Shown here: piece by piece, positions 48,849-58,571 of the stretch | How the letters are laid out: each line of letters opens with the position of its first letter | Position numbering within the stretch: position 1 is the first letter of the stretch | DNA from: Candidatus Curtissbacteria bacterium | GTDB lineage: Bacteria; Patescibacteriota; Microgenomatia; Curtissbacterales; GWA2-41-24 | NCBI GenBank assembly: GCA_038326365.1 | Contig: JBBQJY010000001.1 | Location: 12,128 to 76,127, forward strand | Direction of reading: 5' to 3' | Length of the DNA stretch: 64,000 bases | The notes under the pieces: generated by a model | Database searches by the model: none | Seen by the model: only the letters and a program-made list of their open reading frames with translations | Told to the model about the DNA's origin: nothing | Translations under genes and position numbers: made by a program

Positions 48849-49709
48849 ATGAATATTACCTTAGCCATTTTAAAAACTTTGGCCTATCACGACATTTTCG
48901 ATTATCCGCTGACACAAGCTGAGTTATACAATTATTTAATAGATGCTAAAACCACTCCAAGAATACTTTCGAAAAATCTAGGATCAATAAAGGATGTTGA
49001 AAGCCGTGCAAACTATTATTGTCTTAAAGGCAGAGACAAAATAATCAAACTCCGTAAAAGCAGAGAAGCTATATCAAAGAGGAAGTTTAAAAAGGCCCAA
49101 CATTTTGCTAGAATTTTGTCCCTTATTCCTTATGTAAAATTTGTCGGCTTAACCGGTGCACTTGCCATGGAAAACAGCTCAGAAAGTGATGATATCGACC
49201 TTCTGATTATCAGTGCCAAAAATAGCCTTTGGACGACACGGTTCTTGACAAATCTATCGCTGTTCCCATACAAAAGAAGCCCTAAGTCACAAAAACAAAA
49301 AAACAAAGCATGCCTAAATATATTTATAGAAGAAGCGCACTTAACAATCAGTGAACAGAACATCTATACCGCGCACGAAATCTCTCAAATAATTCCACTT
49401 TACAACAAAGGAAAAACTTACCATAAGTTTATAGATGCCAATAATTGGCTTTACAAACATTTGCCCAATTGGCAGCCTAAAGTTATTAGTTGCAAACAAA
49501 ATAATTCCAACGCAGTTTTGTCGGCATCCTCTTTAGAAAGTCTTTTAATGCGTTTGCAACTTGGTTATATGAAGTCCAAAATAACTTCTGAAAAAATTGG
49601 CACTTATCAGCTATTTTTTCATCCAAAAGCAACGGAAGACAGAATACTCAAAATCTTCAAAACCAGGCTCAAAAGTCTTTCAGTTGACGAAGAAAGTCAA
49701 GAAGTATAA
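48849..49709 (+). CDS. Nucleotidyltransferase-fold protein
   Basis: LAYHDIFDYPLT N-terminus and the pol-beta NTase-like motif GLTGALAM..DDIDLLII. Confidence 0.7.
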   Translation: MNITLAILKTLAYHDIFDYPLTQAELYNYLIDAKTTPRILSKNLGSIKDVESRANYYCLKGRDKIIKLRKSREAISKRKFKKAQHFARILSLIPYVKFVGLTGALAMENSSESDDIDLLIISAKNSLWTTRFLTNLSLFPYKRSPKSQKQKNKACLNIFIEEAHLTISEQNIYTAHEISQIIPLYNKGKTYHKFIDANNWLYKHLPNWQPKVISCKQNNSNAVLSASSLESLLMRLQLGYMKSKITSEKIGTYQLFFHPKATEDRILKIFKTRLKSLSVDEESQEV

Positions 49710-49720
49710 GATACGCCCCC

Positions 49721-49969
49721 ATGCTTATTCTTGTGCGTAAAGTCCAGCAAGGTATCTGGATAGAAGGCGATATATGGGTCAAAGTCTTGTCTATCGAACG
49801 TGACGGAGTAAAACTTGGCATTACGGCGCCCGATGATGTTAAGGTTATTAGACAAGAACTCGTTGCCGAACTTGAAATTCCAGAGGATTTGGCAAATCCT
49901 GGGAAACCTAAAGACCATTTAGGTGGTATGTCACAAGGTCCAGAAGCTCCTCGTGGCCGGAATCTCTGA
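49721..49969 (+). CDS. csrA: Carbon storage regulator CsrA-like RNA-binding protein
   Basis: MLILVRK..IWIEGDIWVKVLSIERDGVKLGITAPDDVKVIRQEL matches the CsrA consensus MLILTR..VKLGI.AP..V.R.E. Confidence 0.85.
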   Translation: MLILVRKVQQGIWIEGDIWVKVLSIERDGVKLGITAPDDVKVIRQELVAELEIPEDLANPGKPKDHLGGMSQGPEAPRGRNL

Positions 49970-49980
49970 ATCACAACTTC

Positions 49981-50074
49981 TTGACATGCCCTCTCAAATT
50001 TTGAGATAATTCTGGCGGGCACCCCAAGTGGGTGCAGTAAGTCCCCTGAGCGCAAAGCGGAAGGGGATTTTTTT
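49981..50074 (+). promoter_or_regulatory. pyrG promoter and attenuator leader
   Basis: TTGACA, 18 bp, GATAAT. GGGC at 50017, hairpin GCACCC/GGGTGC, then terminator AAGTCCCCT...AGGGGATTT plus a T run before ATG 50075. Confidence 0.7.
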
Positions 50075-51703
50075 ATGAATACAAAAGTTATCTTTGTATC
50101 TGGCGGAGTAATTTCTGGAATAGGAAAGGGCGTTGCTACCTCAAGTATCGGCCTTCTTTTAAAATCTCGGGGTTTCAAAGTCACCGCAATTAAAGCAGAT
50201 CCCTACTTAAACGTCGATGCCGGTACCTTGAACCCGATAGAGCACGGTGAAGTTTTCATTCTTGACGACGGTATGGAGTGTGATCAAGACCTTGGCAATT
50301 ACGAACGTTTCCTAAATCAAAGTCTCAACTCAACGAACTACATGACGACTGGCCAGGTTTTCAAAACGATTATAGACAAAGAACGAGCTCTAGGCTATGA
50401 AGGTAAAACAGTAGAATTTTTTCAAGATCCGCCTAGAGAAATCATCAAACGTATTCAAGATTGTGCAAAATTTAACAAGGCGGAAATAATTGTCTTTGAA
50501 ATTGGCGGGACGGTAGGGGAGTATCAGAACCTGCTTTATCTCGAAGCAAATCGCCTAATGAAGTTAACCAGCCCTCGAGACATTTTACATATCCATCTCA
50601 CTTATCTGCCTATTCCTTCATCAATAGGGGAGATGAAGAGCAAACCTGCCCAAATGTCTATCCAGCAACTCGCTCAAGCCGGGATTCACGCAGACTTTGT
50701 TCTTGCACGCTCTCAGGTAGCAGTAGACGAAAAACGAAAAGAAAAAATCGCAATCGCCGTTGGCATCGAGCAAGACAGCATAATTTCTGCTCCAGATGTC
50801 GAAAGCATCTATCAGGTACCTCTAAACTTTGAAAATCAAAATCTTTCCGAAAAAATTCTGCAAAAATTGGGAACAAAACCAAGAAAAAGTGATCTTTCGG
50901 ATTGGAAAGTGATGGTCAATAGCACTCTTACAGCCAAAAAAACAGCCAAAATTGCTATGGTCGGGAAATATTTCTCGACTGGCGATTTTACACTCTCCGA
51001 CGCTTATCTTTCTGTCATCGAATCAATTAGGCACGCAGCCAGTCGCTTTGACATTAAAGCGAAAATTGCCTGGATCGATTCTGCTCAAGTAGAAAAAGAG
51101 GGTGTGAACCTTTTAGCAGGATACGACGGTATCGTGGTTCCTGGCGGCTATGGTTCTCGCGCGGTGGACGGCATTTTAACCGCTATCAAATTCGCTCGGG
51201 AGGCAAAGATTCCGTACTTTGGTCTTTGTTATGGCATGCAACAATTAGCAATTGAGTTTGCAAGGAACGTTTGCCAAATGCGCGACGCTAACACCACAGA
51301 AATTGACCCAAACACAAAACACCCCATAATCCATGTCATGGAATCGCAAAAAGATTTGGTGAAATACCATAAACTTGGGGGAACGCAAAGACTCGGATCC
51401 TGGGAATGGAAAGCAAAAAAGGGCACAAAATTTGCTGAATCTTATAAGTCACTCACAGGCTTTGACCGTCATCGCCACCGTTACGAATTTAACAATGAAT
51501 TTAGAAAGCCTCTCGAGGATAAGGGTCTGATAATCTCCGCAACAACAAAAGACGACAAGCTCGTAGAAGCGTTAGAATTAAAAGATCACCCCTTCTTTGT
51601 TGGGGTACAATTTCACCCAGAGCTTAAATCTCGCCCTCTTGCCCCCCACCCACTTTACGTGTCGTTTATGGAAGCCGTTTCAAAGCAAAATAAACCACGC
51701 TGA
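50075..51703 (+). CDS. pyrG: CTP synthase
   Basis: IFVSGGVISGIGKG, DPYLNVDAGT, EIGGTVG, GLCYGMQ, RHRHRYE and QFHPE. Confidence 0.98.
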   Translation: MNTKVIFVSGGVISGIGKGVATSSIGLLLKSRGFKVTAIKADPYLNVDAGTLNPIEHGEVFILDDGMECDQDLGNYERFLNQSLNSTNYMTTGQVFKTIIDKERALGYEGKTVEFFQDPPREIIKRIQDCAKFNKAEIIVFEIGGTVGEYQNLLYLEANRLMKLTSPRDILHIHLTYLPIPSSIGEMKSKPAQMSIQQLAQAGIHADFVLARSQVAVDEKRKEKIAIAVGIEQDSIISAPDVESIYQVPLNFENQNLSEKILQKLGTKPRKSDLSDWKVMVNSTLTAKKTAKIAMVGKYFSTGDFTLSDAYLSVIESIRHAASRFDIKAKIAWIDSAQVEKEGVNLLAGYDGIVVPGGYGSRAVDGILTAIKFAREAKIPYFGLCYGMQQLAIEFARNVCQMRDANTTEIDPNTKHPIIHVMESQKDLVKYHKLGGTQRLGSWEWKAKKGTKFAESYKSLTGFDRHRHRYEFNNEFRKPLEDKGLIISATTKDDKLVEALELKDHPFFVGVQFHPELKSRPLAPHPLYVSFMEAVSKQNKPR

Positions 51704-51793
51704 GCCACCTATTTCTGTTCTGAAGAGATGTCTCTATTGCTATGGTCTTTCTAGTAATTCGGATTTTGTGCGAACGGTTTTAAAACAAACTAC

Positions 51794-51849
51794 TTGACAA
51801 AGCGAAAATACTTGATAAAATATTAGCAGTCGCAAGCAATTAGTGCTTA
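51794..51849 (+). promoter_or_regulatory. groESL promoter with CIRCE (HrcA operator)
   Basis: TTGACA, 16 bp, TAAAAT with TGn. TTAGCAGTC-N9-TAGTGCTTA at 51823-51849 versus consensus TTAGCACTC-N9-GAGTGCTAA. Confidence 0.8.
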
Positions 51850-51879
51850 GCGATCTTTCCATAAAATTGCCCGAAAGTT

Positions 51880-52164
51880 ATGATTAAACCATTAGCCGGA
51901 TATGTCCTTATAGAACCCGCACCAAAAGAAACCAAAACAGCGTCTGGAATCCTATTGCCAGATTCCGCGGAAGAAAAACCTCAAGAAGGTAAAGTGTTAG
52001 CCTGCGGAGATGCCGCTATGGTCGATGACAAAGAGGTTAGTTGTCCTGTTAAAGTAGGGGATAGGGTGATTTACAAAAAATGGGGCGGGAACGAAATTAA
52101 AGATACAGGCAAAGATTTACTCTTAATCAAATTTGATGACCTGATGGCCATCGTTACAAAATAA
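51880..52164 (+). CDS. groES: Co-chaperonin GroES
   Basis: [31 protein letters not shown] and VKVGDRV. Confidence 0.97.
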   Translation: MIKPLAGYVLIEPAPKETKTASGILLPDSAEEKPQEGKVLACGDAAMVDDKEVSCPVKVGDRVIYKKWGGNEIKDTGKDLLLIKFDDLMAIVTK

Positions 52165-52165
52165 T

Positions 52166-53791
52166 ATGGCAAAACAATTAATTTACGCAGAAGAAGCAAG
52201 AACAAAATTGAAAGCCGGTGTTGATAAGCTAGCAGCTGCCGTTGCAACTACTCTTGGTCCTAAAGGTAGGAATGTGGCTTTAGACAAGAAGTGGGGAGCC
52301 CCAAACGTCATCCATGACGGTGTTACGGTTGCCAAAGAAGTGGAACTAGAAGACCCTTTTGAAAACATGGGTGCGAGCCTTGTGCGAGAAGCAGCCAGCA
52401 AAACAAACGATATCGCCGGAGACGGTACGACTACAGCAACAGTTTTAGCCCAAGCAATCGTAGACCAGGGCCTTAAGAACGTAACAGCAGGTTCAAATCC
52501 CATGATTCTTAAAAAAGGTGTAGAAAAAGCAACCGAAGCAGTAGTAGCCGAGCTCAAAAGAATGGCCAAGAAAGTTAATGCTCCTGAAGAAATTCAAAAA
52601 ATAGCCACAATTTCAGCTGCTGACATAACTATCGGTCAAATGATTGCCCAAGCATTGGAGAAAGTAGGCCCGGACGGTGTTGTAACAGTTGAGGAGAGCA
52701 AAGGGTTGGAAACTTCAGTAGACACCAAAGAAGGAATGGAGTTTGATAGGGGATTTATCTCTAGCTACTTTGTTTCAGACACAGAAAAAATGAAAGCAGT
52801 AGTAGAGGACGCTCACATTTTAATTACAGACCAAAAGATAGCTTCACTAAACGACCTTCTTCAATTTTTAGAAAACTTTGTCAAAATGTCCAAAAATTTG
52901 GTAATTATTGCTGATGAAGTAGAAGGTGAAGCTTTAGCAACACTGGTTGTTAACAAAATTCGCGGTACCTTTAACGTTCTTGCAATAAAAGCTCCGGGTT
53001 TCGGAGATCGCCGCAAAGAAATGCTCGAAGACATTGCAATCTTAACCGGGGGTACCGTTATCTCCGAGGACCTTGGACGCAAGTTAGAATCCGTAACAGT
53101 GGAAGACCTTGGTCGAGCAGACCAGGTGGTTTCCGACAAAGAAAATACAATCATTGTTGGAGGCAAAGGAGCAAAAAGTGCAATTGAAGGCAGGATAAAA
53201 CAAATTCGAACAGAGCTTGACTCAACAGACAGTGATTTCGATCGCGAAAAGCTACAAGAGAGACTTGCCAAACTTAGCGGAGGAGTGGCGGTCATCAATG
53301 TTGGCGCTGCAACCGAGGTTGAGCTTAAAGAGAAAAAAGAAAGAGTTGACGATGCAGTACACGCAACTAAAGCAGCGGTAGAAGAAGGTTATGTTGTAGG
53401 TGGGGGAGTAGCCCTGGTACGTGCCAGCAAAGTCCTCGATAAATTAATCGCTTCAACTACAATTGTTGACGAGCGGATTGGGGTGGAAATTGTCAAAGAA
53501 GCGCTTTTGAAACCATTAGCCAAACTAGCATCAAATGCAGGTATGGATGCTGGCTGGGTTGTTAAAGAAGTAGAAAAAGCCTCCGGCAACGTCGGTCTAA
53601 ATGCTCTAACAGGAAAATTTGAAGACTTGGCAGTTGCAGGTGTAATCGACCCTGTCAAAGTTACGCGCACTGCGCTCCAAAATGCCTCATCTGTTGCAAT
53701 GATGATCTTAACTACGGAAGCTTTAATTACTGACCTTCCCGAAAAAGACAAAGCTCCAATGATGCCACCAGGCGGCATGGGAGATTATTGA
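52166..53791 (+). CDS. groEL: Chaperonin GroEL
   Basis: [34 protein letters not shown] and a GGM tail. Confidence 0.99.
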   Translation: MAKQLIYAEEARTKLKAGVDKLAAAVATTLGPKGRNVALDKKWGAPNVIHDGVTVAKEVELEDPFENMGASLVREAASKTNDIAGDGTTTATVLAQAIVDQGLKNVTAGSNPMILKKGVEKATEAVVAELKRMAKKVNAPEEIQKIATISAADITIGQMIAQALEKVGPDGVVTVEESKGLETSVDTKEGMEFDRGFISSYFVSDTEKMKAVVEDAHILITDQKIASLNDLLQFLENFVKMSKNLVIIADEVEGEALATLVVNKIRGTFNVLAIKAPGFGDRRKEMLEDIAILTGGTVISEDLGRKLESVTVEDLGRADQVVSDKENTIIVGGKGAKSAIEGRIKQIRTELDSTDSDFDREKLQERLAKLSGGVAVINVGAATEVELKEKKERVDDAVHATKAAVEEGYVVGGGVALVRASKVLDKLIASTTIVDERIGVEIVKEALLKPLAKLASNAGMDAGWVVKEVEKASGNVGLNALTGKFEDLAVAGVIDPVKVTRTALQNASSVAMMILTTEALITDLPEKDKAPMMPPGGMGDY

Positions 53792-54155
53792 TCCTATTCC
53801 AACAATCTAATTTCTTAACGTTATAAATCTAGGAGTGTATTCTAGAATTGTATCCGAAATAAAGAGCGGTTGCGTCCACGGATGATAAACAAGAAAAAAG
53901 TGGATGGACTAGCACTCGAGGAATCACCTCAAACCAACTCCACGCTTAACTATTTGGAAAATTCAAAAAGACATCGAGTTTTGTAAAAGGTAGAGAACTG
54001 GCGAAAGTGAGTTGGATACTCAGAGACACAGCCAGAACCTATTGCAATGACAAGTCCGCCAAGATCTGCACCTACTACATTTAAAATAGGGAATTCGTTG
54101 CGACGATCTGAAAAATTGAAGTTAAGATCCACTAAATATGAGTGGTGGAAAAGTA

Positions 54156-54434
54156 TTATTCTTTCTTGTGTTTTTCATCCTCAATTTTGAACATCTTTGT
54201 TAACTGGTAAGTAACGAGTACAGCAATGATTGTAATTATGACTGCGTAAATAAACTTTGACAGAATTCCCGTGCCAACGGAAAGATATTTGTTTACAACT
54301 TCATTAACAAATTCTTGTATTGCCTCATTCCATGCCAGCGCTGCTACTACGCCAAAACCTGCAGAAGATAACGTTATCATCTGCCGGATCAGCTCTTTTC
54401 TGAAATCAGTTCCTATGTTTTTAACCTTATCCAT
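54156..54434 (-). CDS. DUF5654-like small two-TM protein
   Basis: TLSSAGFGVVAALAWNEAIQ..FIYAVIITIIAV. Confidence 0.75.
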   Translation of the reverse strand: MDKVKNIGTDFRKELIRQMITLSSAGFGVVAALAWNEAIQEFVNEVVNKYLSVGTGILSKFIYAVIITIIAVLVTYQLTKMFKIEDEKHKKE

Positions 54435-54498
54435 CTAAGTTTCGGCTATTATCCTAAATAATCACCACATTCTCAAGTCCATAAGCCGTAGCGCCTTC

Positions 54499-55155
54499 TC
54501 ATTTTAAAACAATTTTAATGTGTGCATTTTCAACATGAGCCGCCGCATTCGGGTCATCTGACTTGGCTATTACTCGATACAGTTTTGAGCCAGTTGCCAA
54601 TGGCACATAATTAGACGTCACCAGAGTAGAAGTAGAAGTTGGATTTGTCACGCGACTTTCGATGAGGGGATTATTGTCTGTAACATTCTTTAGCTCGGCC
54701 CAAGCACGGCCGTTTCCTCCGTCAGTCCAAAGGGATGCTTCGAAAACAGCGTAGTCAATCGCGGGATACTTGGATAAATCTAAGTTAATTTCCACTCCCG
54801 ATAAGTCGACGAAGTCAGTACTTTTTGTTTGGCCGCTCCCCAAAGGGATAAAAATCTCCTTATATGGTGTTTGCACGATAATCGGCGGAGTAGGCGATGG
54901 GCTCGCAACTGGCATTTTTGTACTCTCGAGACTTCGAGTGGTTGTGGTAGAAGGCTCAGGGCTAGGCGAGGAAGTGCTTATAGTCGGAGTGGGTGAGGAT
55001 TTGATGTTGACTGGAACCGCACTGTTAAGCTGAGGAAGCTGCTTATCTCCTTTATTTAAAATCCACCAGTTAATAAATACTAGATCAAATACTGCCAATA
55101 CAAATACGGCAAAAACAAATTTGCCGAAAATATTTCCGCTCAACGTTTCGTCCAT
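54499..55155 (-). CDS. Membrane-anchored protein with Ser/Thr/Pro linker and beta-rich domain
   Basis: N-terminal TM, SPTP-rich linker and KEIFIPLGSG. Confidence 0.75.
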   Translation of the reverse strand: MDETLSGNIFGKFVFAVFVLAVFDLVFINWWILNKGDKQLPQLNSAVPVNIKSSPTPTISTSSPSPEPSTTTTRSLESTKMPVASPSPTPPIIVQTPYKEIFIPLGSGQTKSTDFVDLSGVEINLDLSKYPAIDYAVFEASLWTDGGNGRAWAELKNVTDNNPLIESRVTNPTSTSTLVTSNYVPLATGSKLYRVIAKSDDPNAAAHVENAHIKIVLK

Positions 55156-55215
55156 TGCAACTTAATTCTAGCAATCAATTGCCATTTAATAAAAGCCTAA
55201 GCTAAACTAAAGCTA

Positions 55216-55821
55216 GTGATAACTAAATCTCCGTCAAAAAGTCAAAAGAAAAAGCTATCAAAATTATTAAGTCGCGGTGAACAAGTCATCTATGTAACAA
55301 GTATTGGTACCCGATACTTTTACATTAATTTGCTCTTCATGCTTTTTATTCCTCTAGTTTTAACTTACGTTGGTATTTTCATGTTTTTCGGACTCATTAG
55401 CATCCCCAATTATGATTGGATTAAGTATCTCGGAATTTTTCCATTAATCCTTCTTGTTATAAATACTCCCAAATATAGCCATCTAATTAGGATGAAACAA
55501 TCTTTCACTTACGCTCTAACCAATAGGCGATTCCTTATAATTAGAGGTATTTTTTCCAGAAAAATTGTCACAGCCCCTTTGACGGCAATTACGCACGTTA
55601 CTGTCGAACAATCATTTATGCAAAGATTCTTCTACGATACTGGTGATTTGGTCATAATCACAGCAGGTTTCGACCAAAGAGAAATTGTAATTGAAAACAT
55701 AGGGAGCCCGCTCGAATTCAAAATTCTAATCGAGGAGTTAACGGAAAAAATAGAAGATGGTTGGACTGCCGAAGAGGAATCTCCCAAAGCAGATTTCAAA
55801 TTAAAATCTCTTGAGACTTAA
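55216..55821 (+). CDS. Bacterial PH-domain (bPH_2) membrane protein
   Basis: Two TM helices then YALTNRRFLIIRGIFSR..ITHVTVEQS..GDLVIITAG. Confidence 0.8.
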   Translation: MITKSPSKSQKKKLSKLLSRGEQVIYVTSIGTRYFYINLLFMLFIPLVLTYVGIFMFFGLISIPNYDWIKYLGIFPLILLVINTPKYSHLIRMKQSFTYALTNRRFLIIRGIFSRKIVTAPLTAITHVTVEQSFMQRFFYDTGDLVIITAGFDQREIVIENIGSPLEFKILIEELTEKIEDGWTAEEESPKADFKLKSLET

Positions 55822-56579
55822 TTTTTTTGAGGCAAGATTGAACCTGGACTTATTGTTGCCCCATGATTCCAAACTTCCAAATGTACATGAGGTCCTGTAG
55901 TGCGACCGGTCAAACCAATAGTTCCTATGGTCGATGTTGGACCCACCATATTGCCAACACGAACATTTATTTTATTCATATGAGCGTATACCGTCTTTAA
56001 ACCATCGCCATGGTCTACTCTCACCTCATTACCGTGTCCATCCCCCACAAAGCCCGCAAATTCAACGATACCAGAACCAATCGGGTGAATTGATGTGTTC
56101 AACGGTGCCGCAATATCAAATCCATTGTGATAAGCACTATAACCTTGAGAAATTTGTCCGTTGTCAACAGGATAACTGTAGGCATAAGGTTCAGCTTTTG
56201 CAACCACATTGCCTGATATTTCAACCTCGGTATTTGGTTTCTTGGCAGTGGTGGCAGCTACCAGAATAGGCTGACCATTTACTTTGATTTCTTGCGTTTT
56301 AGTTTTAAAATATGCGGATACTTCAGCTGTGGATACACATGTCAAAGCCAGTATTAAGACAACGGCAACAACTAACTTGATTCTAGGTCTAATGGAAATT
56401 TGATGTTTAAGTAGCCGTGCAGAAGTCAAAAAGGCCAGATGAGCCTCCATCGACAAGTATTTTCTTACTTGTTTTGAAATAGGGGTCTTAAAAATTAAGT
56501 GAACAAGCGACCGTCCCCTCGCCTTTTTTGTGCGTATTGAGTAAATGAGCAATCGTTTTATGTATTTAGTTATTTCCAT
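55818..56579 (-). CDS. M23 family metallopeptidase
   Basis: ISQGY..HNGFDIAA, GHGN, VYAHM and TGRTTGPHVHLEV. Confidence 0.92.
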   Translation of the reverse strand: MEITKYIKRLLIYSIRTKKARGRSLVHLIFKTPISKQVRKYLSMEAHLAFLTSARLLKHQISIRPRIKLVVAVVLILALTCVSTAEVSAYFKTKTQEIKVNGQPILVAATTAKKPNTEVEISGNVVAKAEPYAYSYPVDNGQISQGYSAYHNGFDIAAPLNTSIHPIGSGIVEFAGFVGDGHGNEVRVDHGDGLKTVYAHMNKINVRVGNMVGPTSTIGTIGLTGRTTGPHVHLEVWNHGATISPGSILPQKN

Positions 56580-56748
56580 TTATCTTTCCATCACAAGAAT
56601 ATTCTTGTATGCCTGGTAAAATCATGTAAGGAATTCTAGGGTATTACCCTATAGTCTTGAAATACAAGGCTGAAGTATAACAAATATAGGCCTTTTTGTC
56701 AAACTGGCGCGGTTGCATAGCTAGCCCCCAGATGCTAACTTAAACCCA

Positions 56749-57555
56749 ATGCCTTTTAACACAAACGGAATCTTTGCAAGTGCACAAAAGTCTTTTTTAA
56801 AAATAATAATTTTGTACACATCGGCCATATTTCTATCCGCTTGCAGCCTGACAGGCACGAAGCCGGCCGCTCTTCAAGTCACATCGACTCCAGAAGCTGC
56901 AATTTTTATTGACGGAAAACATTTGGGTAAAACGCCATTTTTTTCGGACCAGCTCAAGGAAGGTACTTACGAGATTAAGATTGTAGCCGGCAGCGCAAAT
57001 TTTCTCACCAAGGTAGATCTTTCTCCCAATACGTTAACTGTTGTTAACCGTCTGCTCAACGACAATCAACTCGGCCAAAGCGGGGAAGTTTTGTGGTTGC
57101 AAGCCGGCTCGCGGGACCTATTTTTAGCTTCGACTCCTACGGAGGCTAATATAACGATAGACGGCCAACACAAAGGGAAAACACCAATCTTAATAAGAGA
57201 TCTCGAGCCTGGGGATCATAAAGTTCTGTCAACTAAGGCCGGATACATTGATCACGAGTTTGCAATTAAAACATCAACAAAATATAAGTTAATGTCTAAT
57301 TTAACACTTGCAGCACAAATTGCTAAATCACCTGCAGCAAGCCAAGAAGAACCAACAGTTGCCAAGGTGGAAGTTCTTAAGACTCCACAGGGATATCTAA
57401 GAGTGAGAAAAGAGGCAGACCTAAACTCAGCAGAAATTGGCAGGGTCAATACAGGCGATCAATTAGAAATAATTCAAGAAACAGACGAATGGATAAAAAT
57501 TTCAATAAGTAACAAGTTTGGCTGGATCTCAAAGCAATACACGAAAAAGGTATAG
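56749..57555 (+). CDS. PEGA-repeat lipoprotein with C-terminal SH3b domain
   Basis: Lipobox LSAC, two STP.A.I.IDG..GKTP repeats and YLRVRKEA..IGRV..WIKI..GWIS. Confidence 0.88.
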   Translation: MPFNTNGIFASAQKSFLKIIILYTSAIFLSACSLTGTKPAALQVTSTPEAAIFIDGKHLGKTPFFSDQLKEGTYEIKIVAGSANFLTKVDLSPNTLTVVNRLLNDNQLGQSGEVLWLQAGSRDLFLASTPTEANITIDGQHKGKTPILIRDLEPGDHKVLSTKAGYIDHEFAIKTSTKYKLMSNLTLAAQIAKSPAASQEEPTVAKVEVLKTPQGYLRVRKEADLNSAEIGRVNTGDQLEIIQETDEWIKISISNKFGWISKQYTKKV

Positions 57556-57609
57556 ACTACATTCAAAAATGTACTTGATACTTAATACCTAATACTTGAT
57601 ACTAAAAAC

Positions 57610-58128
57610 ATGGTTGCAAAATCGTTGATAAAATTAGTAGATGAAGCAGTTTTACCCGCTCTTCTTTTAATTATAGCCAAAGTCCTTGGTTTACTTCTGG
57701 CAACATATTTTTTTCGCCTGCATTTTAATATCAGTCTGTCTGTCTTGCCCCACGCGTCCTTTACCAATTTGGAGGACTATATTCTAGCTGAAAACTATTC
57801 GAACTTAACCATGTTCACAGCAGCTGCAGTTGGCATGCTAACAGTCTTGCTCCGAGCACACCTTCTGCACGCCTCGCACATCAAGCCCAATATCGCTCAA
57901 AAGTTGACAAAAATTAATCTTGATGAGCTCATTCTTTCTAGCTATCATCTATACCATAAAGCTTCCGTATGGCTTACTCTTCTCTGGTTAACTACAGCGT
58001 TTTTAGCTATGTCGACTCTCGCGAAAGTTACATACGCTCCAATTACAGCCATTGCCATTATTGTATCTCTTAATTTCTCGTGGATACTTGCTCGTGACAT
58101 TCAAAGAGAAATGGAAATTGCCAAATGA
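57610..58128 (+). CDS. Hypothetical four-TM membrane protein
   Basis: Hydrophobic pattern, ATGA-coupled to the next gene. Confidence 0.75.
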   Translation: MVAKSLIKLVDEAVLPALLLIIAKVLGLLLATYFFRLHFNISLSVLPHASFTNLEDYILAENYSNLTMFTAAAVGMLTVLLRAHLLHASHIKPNIAQKLTKINLDELILSSYHLYHKASVWLTLLWLTTAFLAMSTLAKVTYAPITAIAIIVSLNFSWILARDIQREMEIAK

Positions 58129-58571
58129 AAAGCCTACTGAATCCTTTCTTGAACTCTCTTGCGGTCTTGATGCTCGTGGGCTTAATCGCGGCCCCCATTT
58201 ACTTTGCTCAAAACTTCGCTCAAGTCGCTGGCGTCAAAACTCAAGAGTCTTACTTATTAGTTTCTCAGATTGCGAAATTTCCTGGCATGACTCTTACTCA
58301 ATCGGCACAAAATTACTCGATTACATTTACCAAATTTGCTACCAAGCAGGCATACTTGGCAACCCTCATTTTGAACAACCCGACAAATATGGCGCAATCT
58401 TACGAGATAGTTAATAAGTCCGAAGGAATCACAGTTTTTTTCGGCGAGGATCTGAAAAACTTAGAGACAAAAATTTCAATACCAAGCCAGGCTTCAGTGC
58501 CGATCAGTGTTTTATCGCAAGATACTAGTTCCTCTTCTCAGAACGCGGCTTTCAACATTAGGGTAAATTGA
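58125..58571 (+). CDS. Hypothetical exported protein
   Basis: N-terminal TM, QVAG motif and beta-rich remainder. Confidence 0.7.
   Translation: MKSLLNPFLNSLAVLMLVGLIAAPIYFAQNFAQVAGVKTQESYLLVSQIAKFPGMTLTQSAQNYSITFTKFATKQAYLATLILNNPTNMAQSYEIVNKSEGITVFFGEDLKNLETKISIPSQASVPISVLSQDTSSSSQNAAFNIRVN

Noticed and set aside
53800-54150. Possible small ORF or pseudogene after groEL
   Set aside because: Only short open frames with no recognisable similarity, so there is no support for a call.
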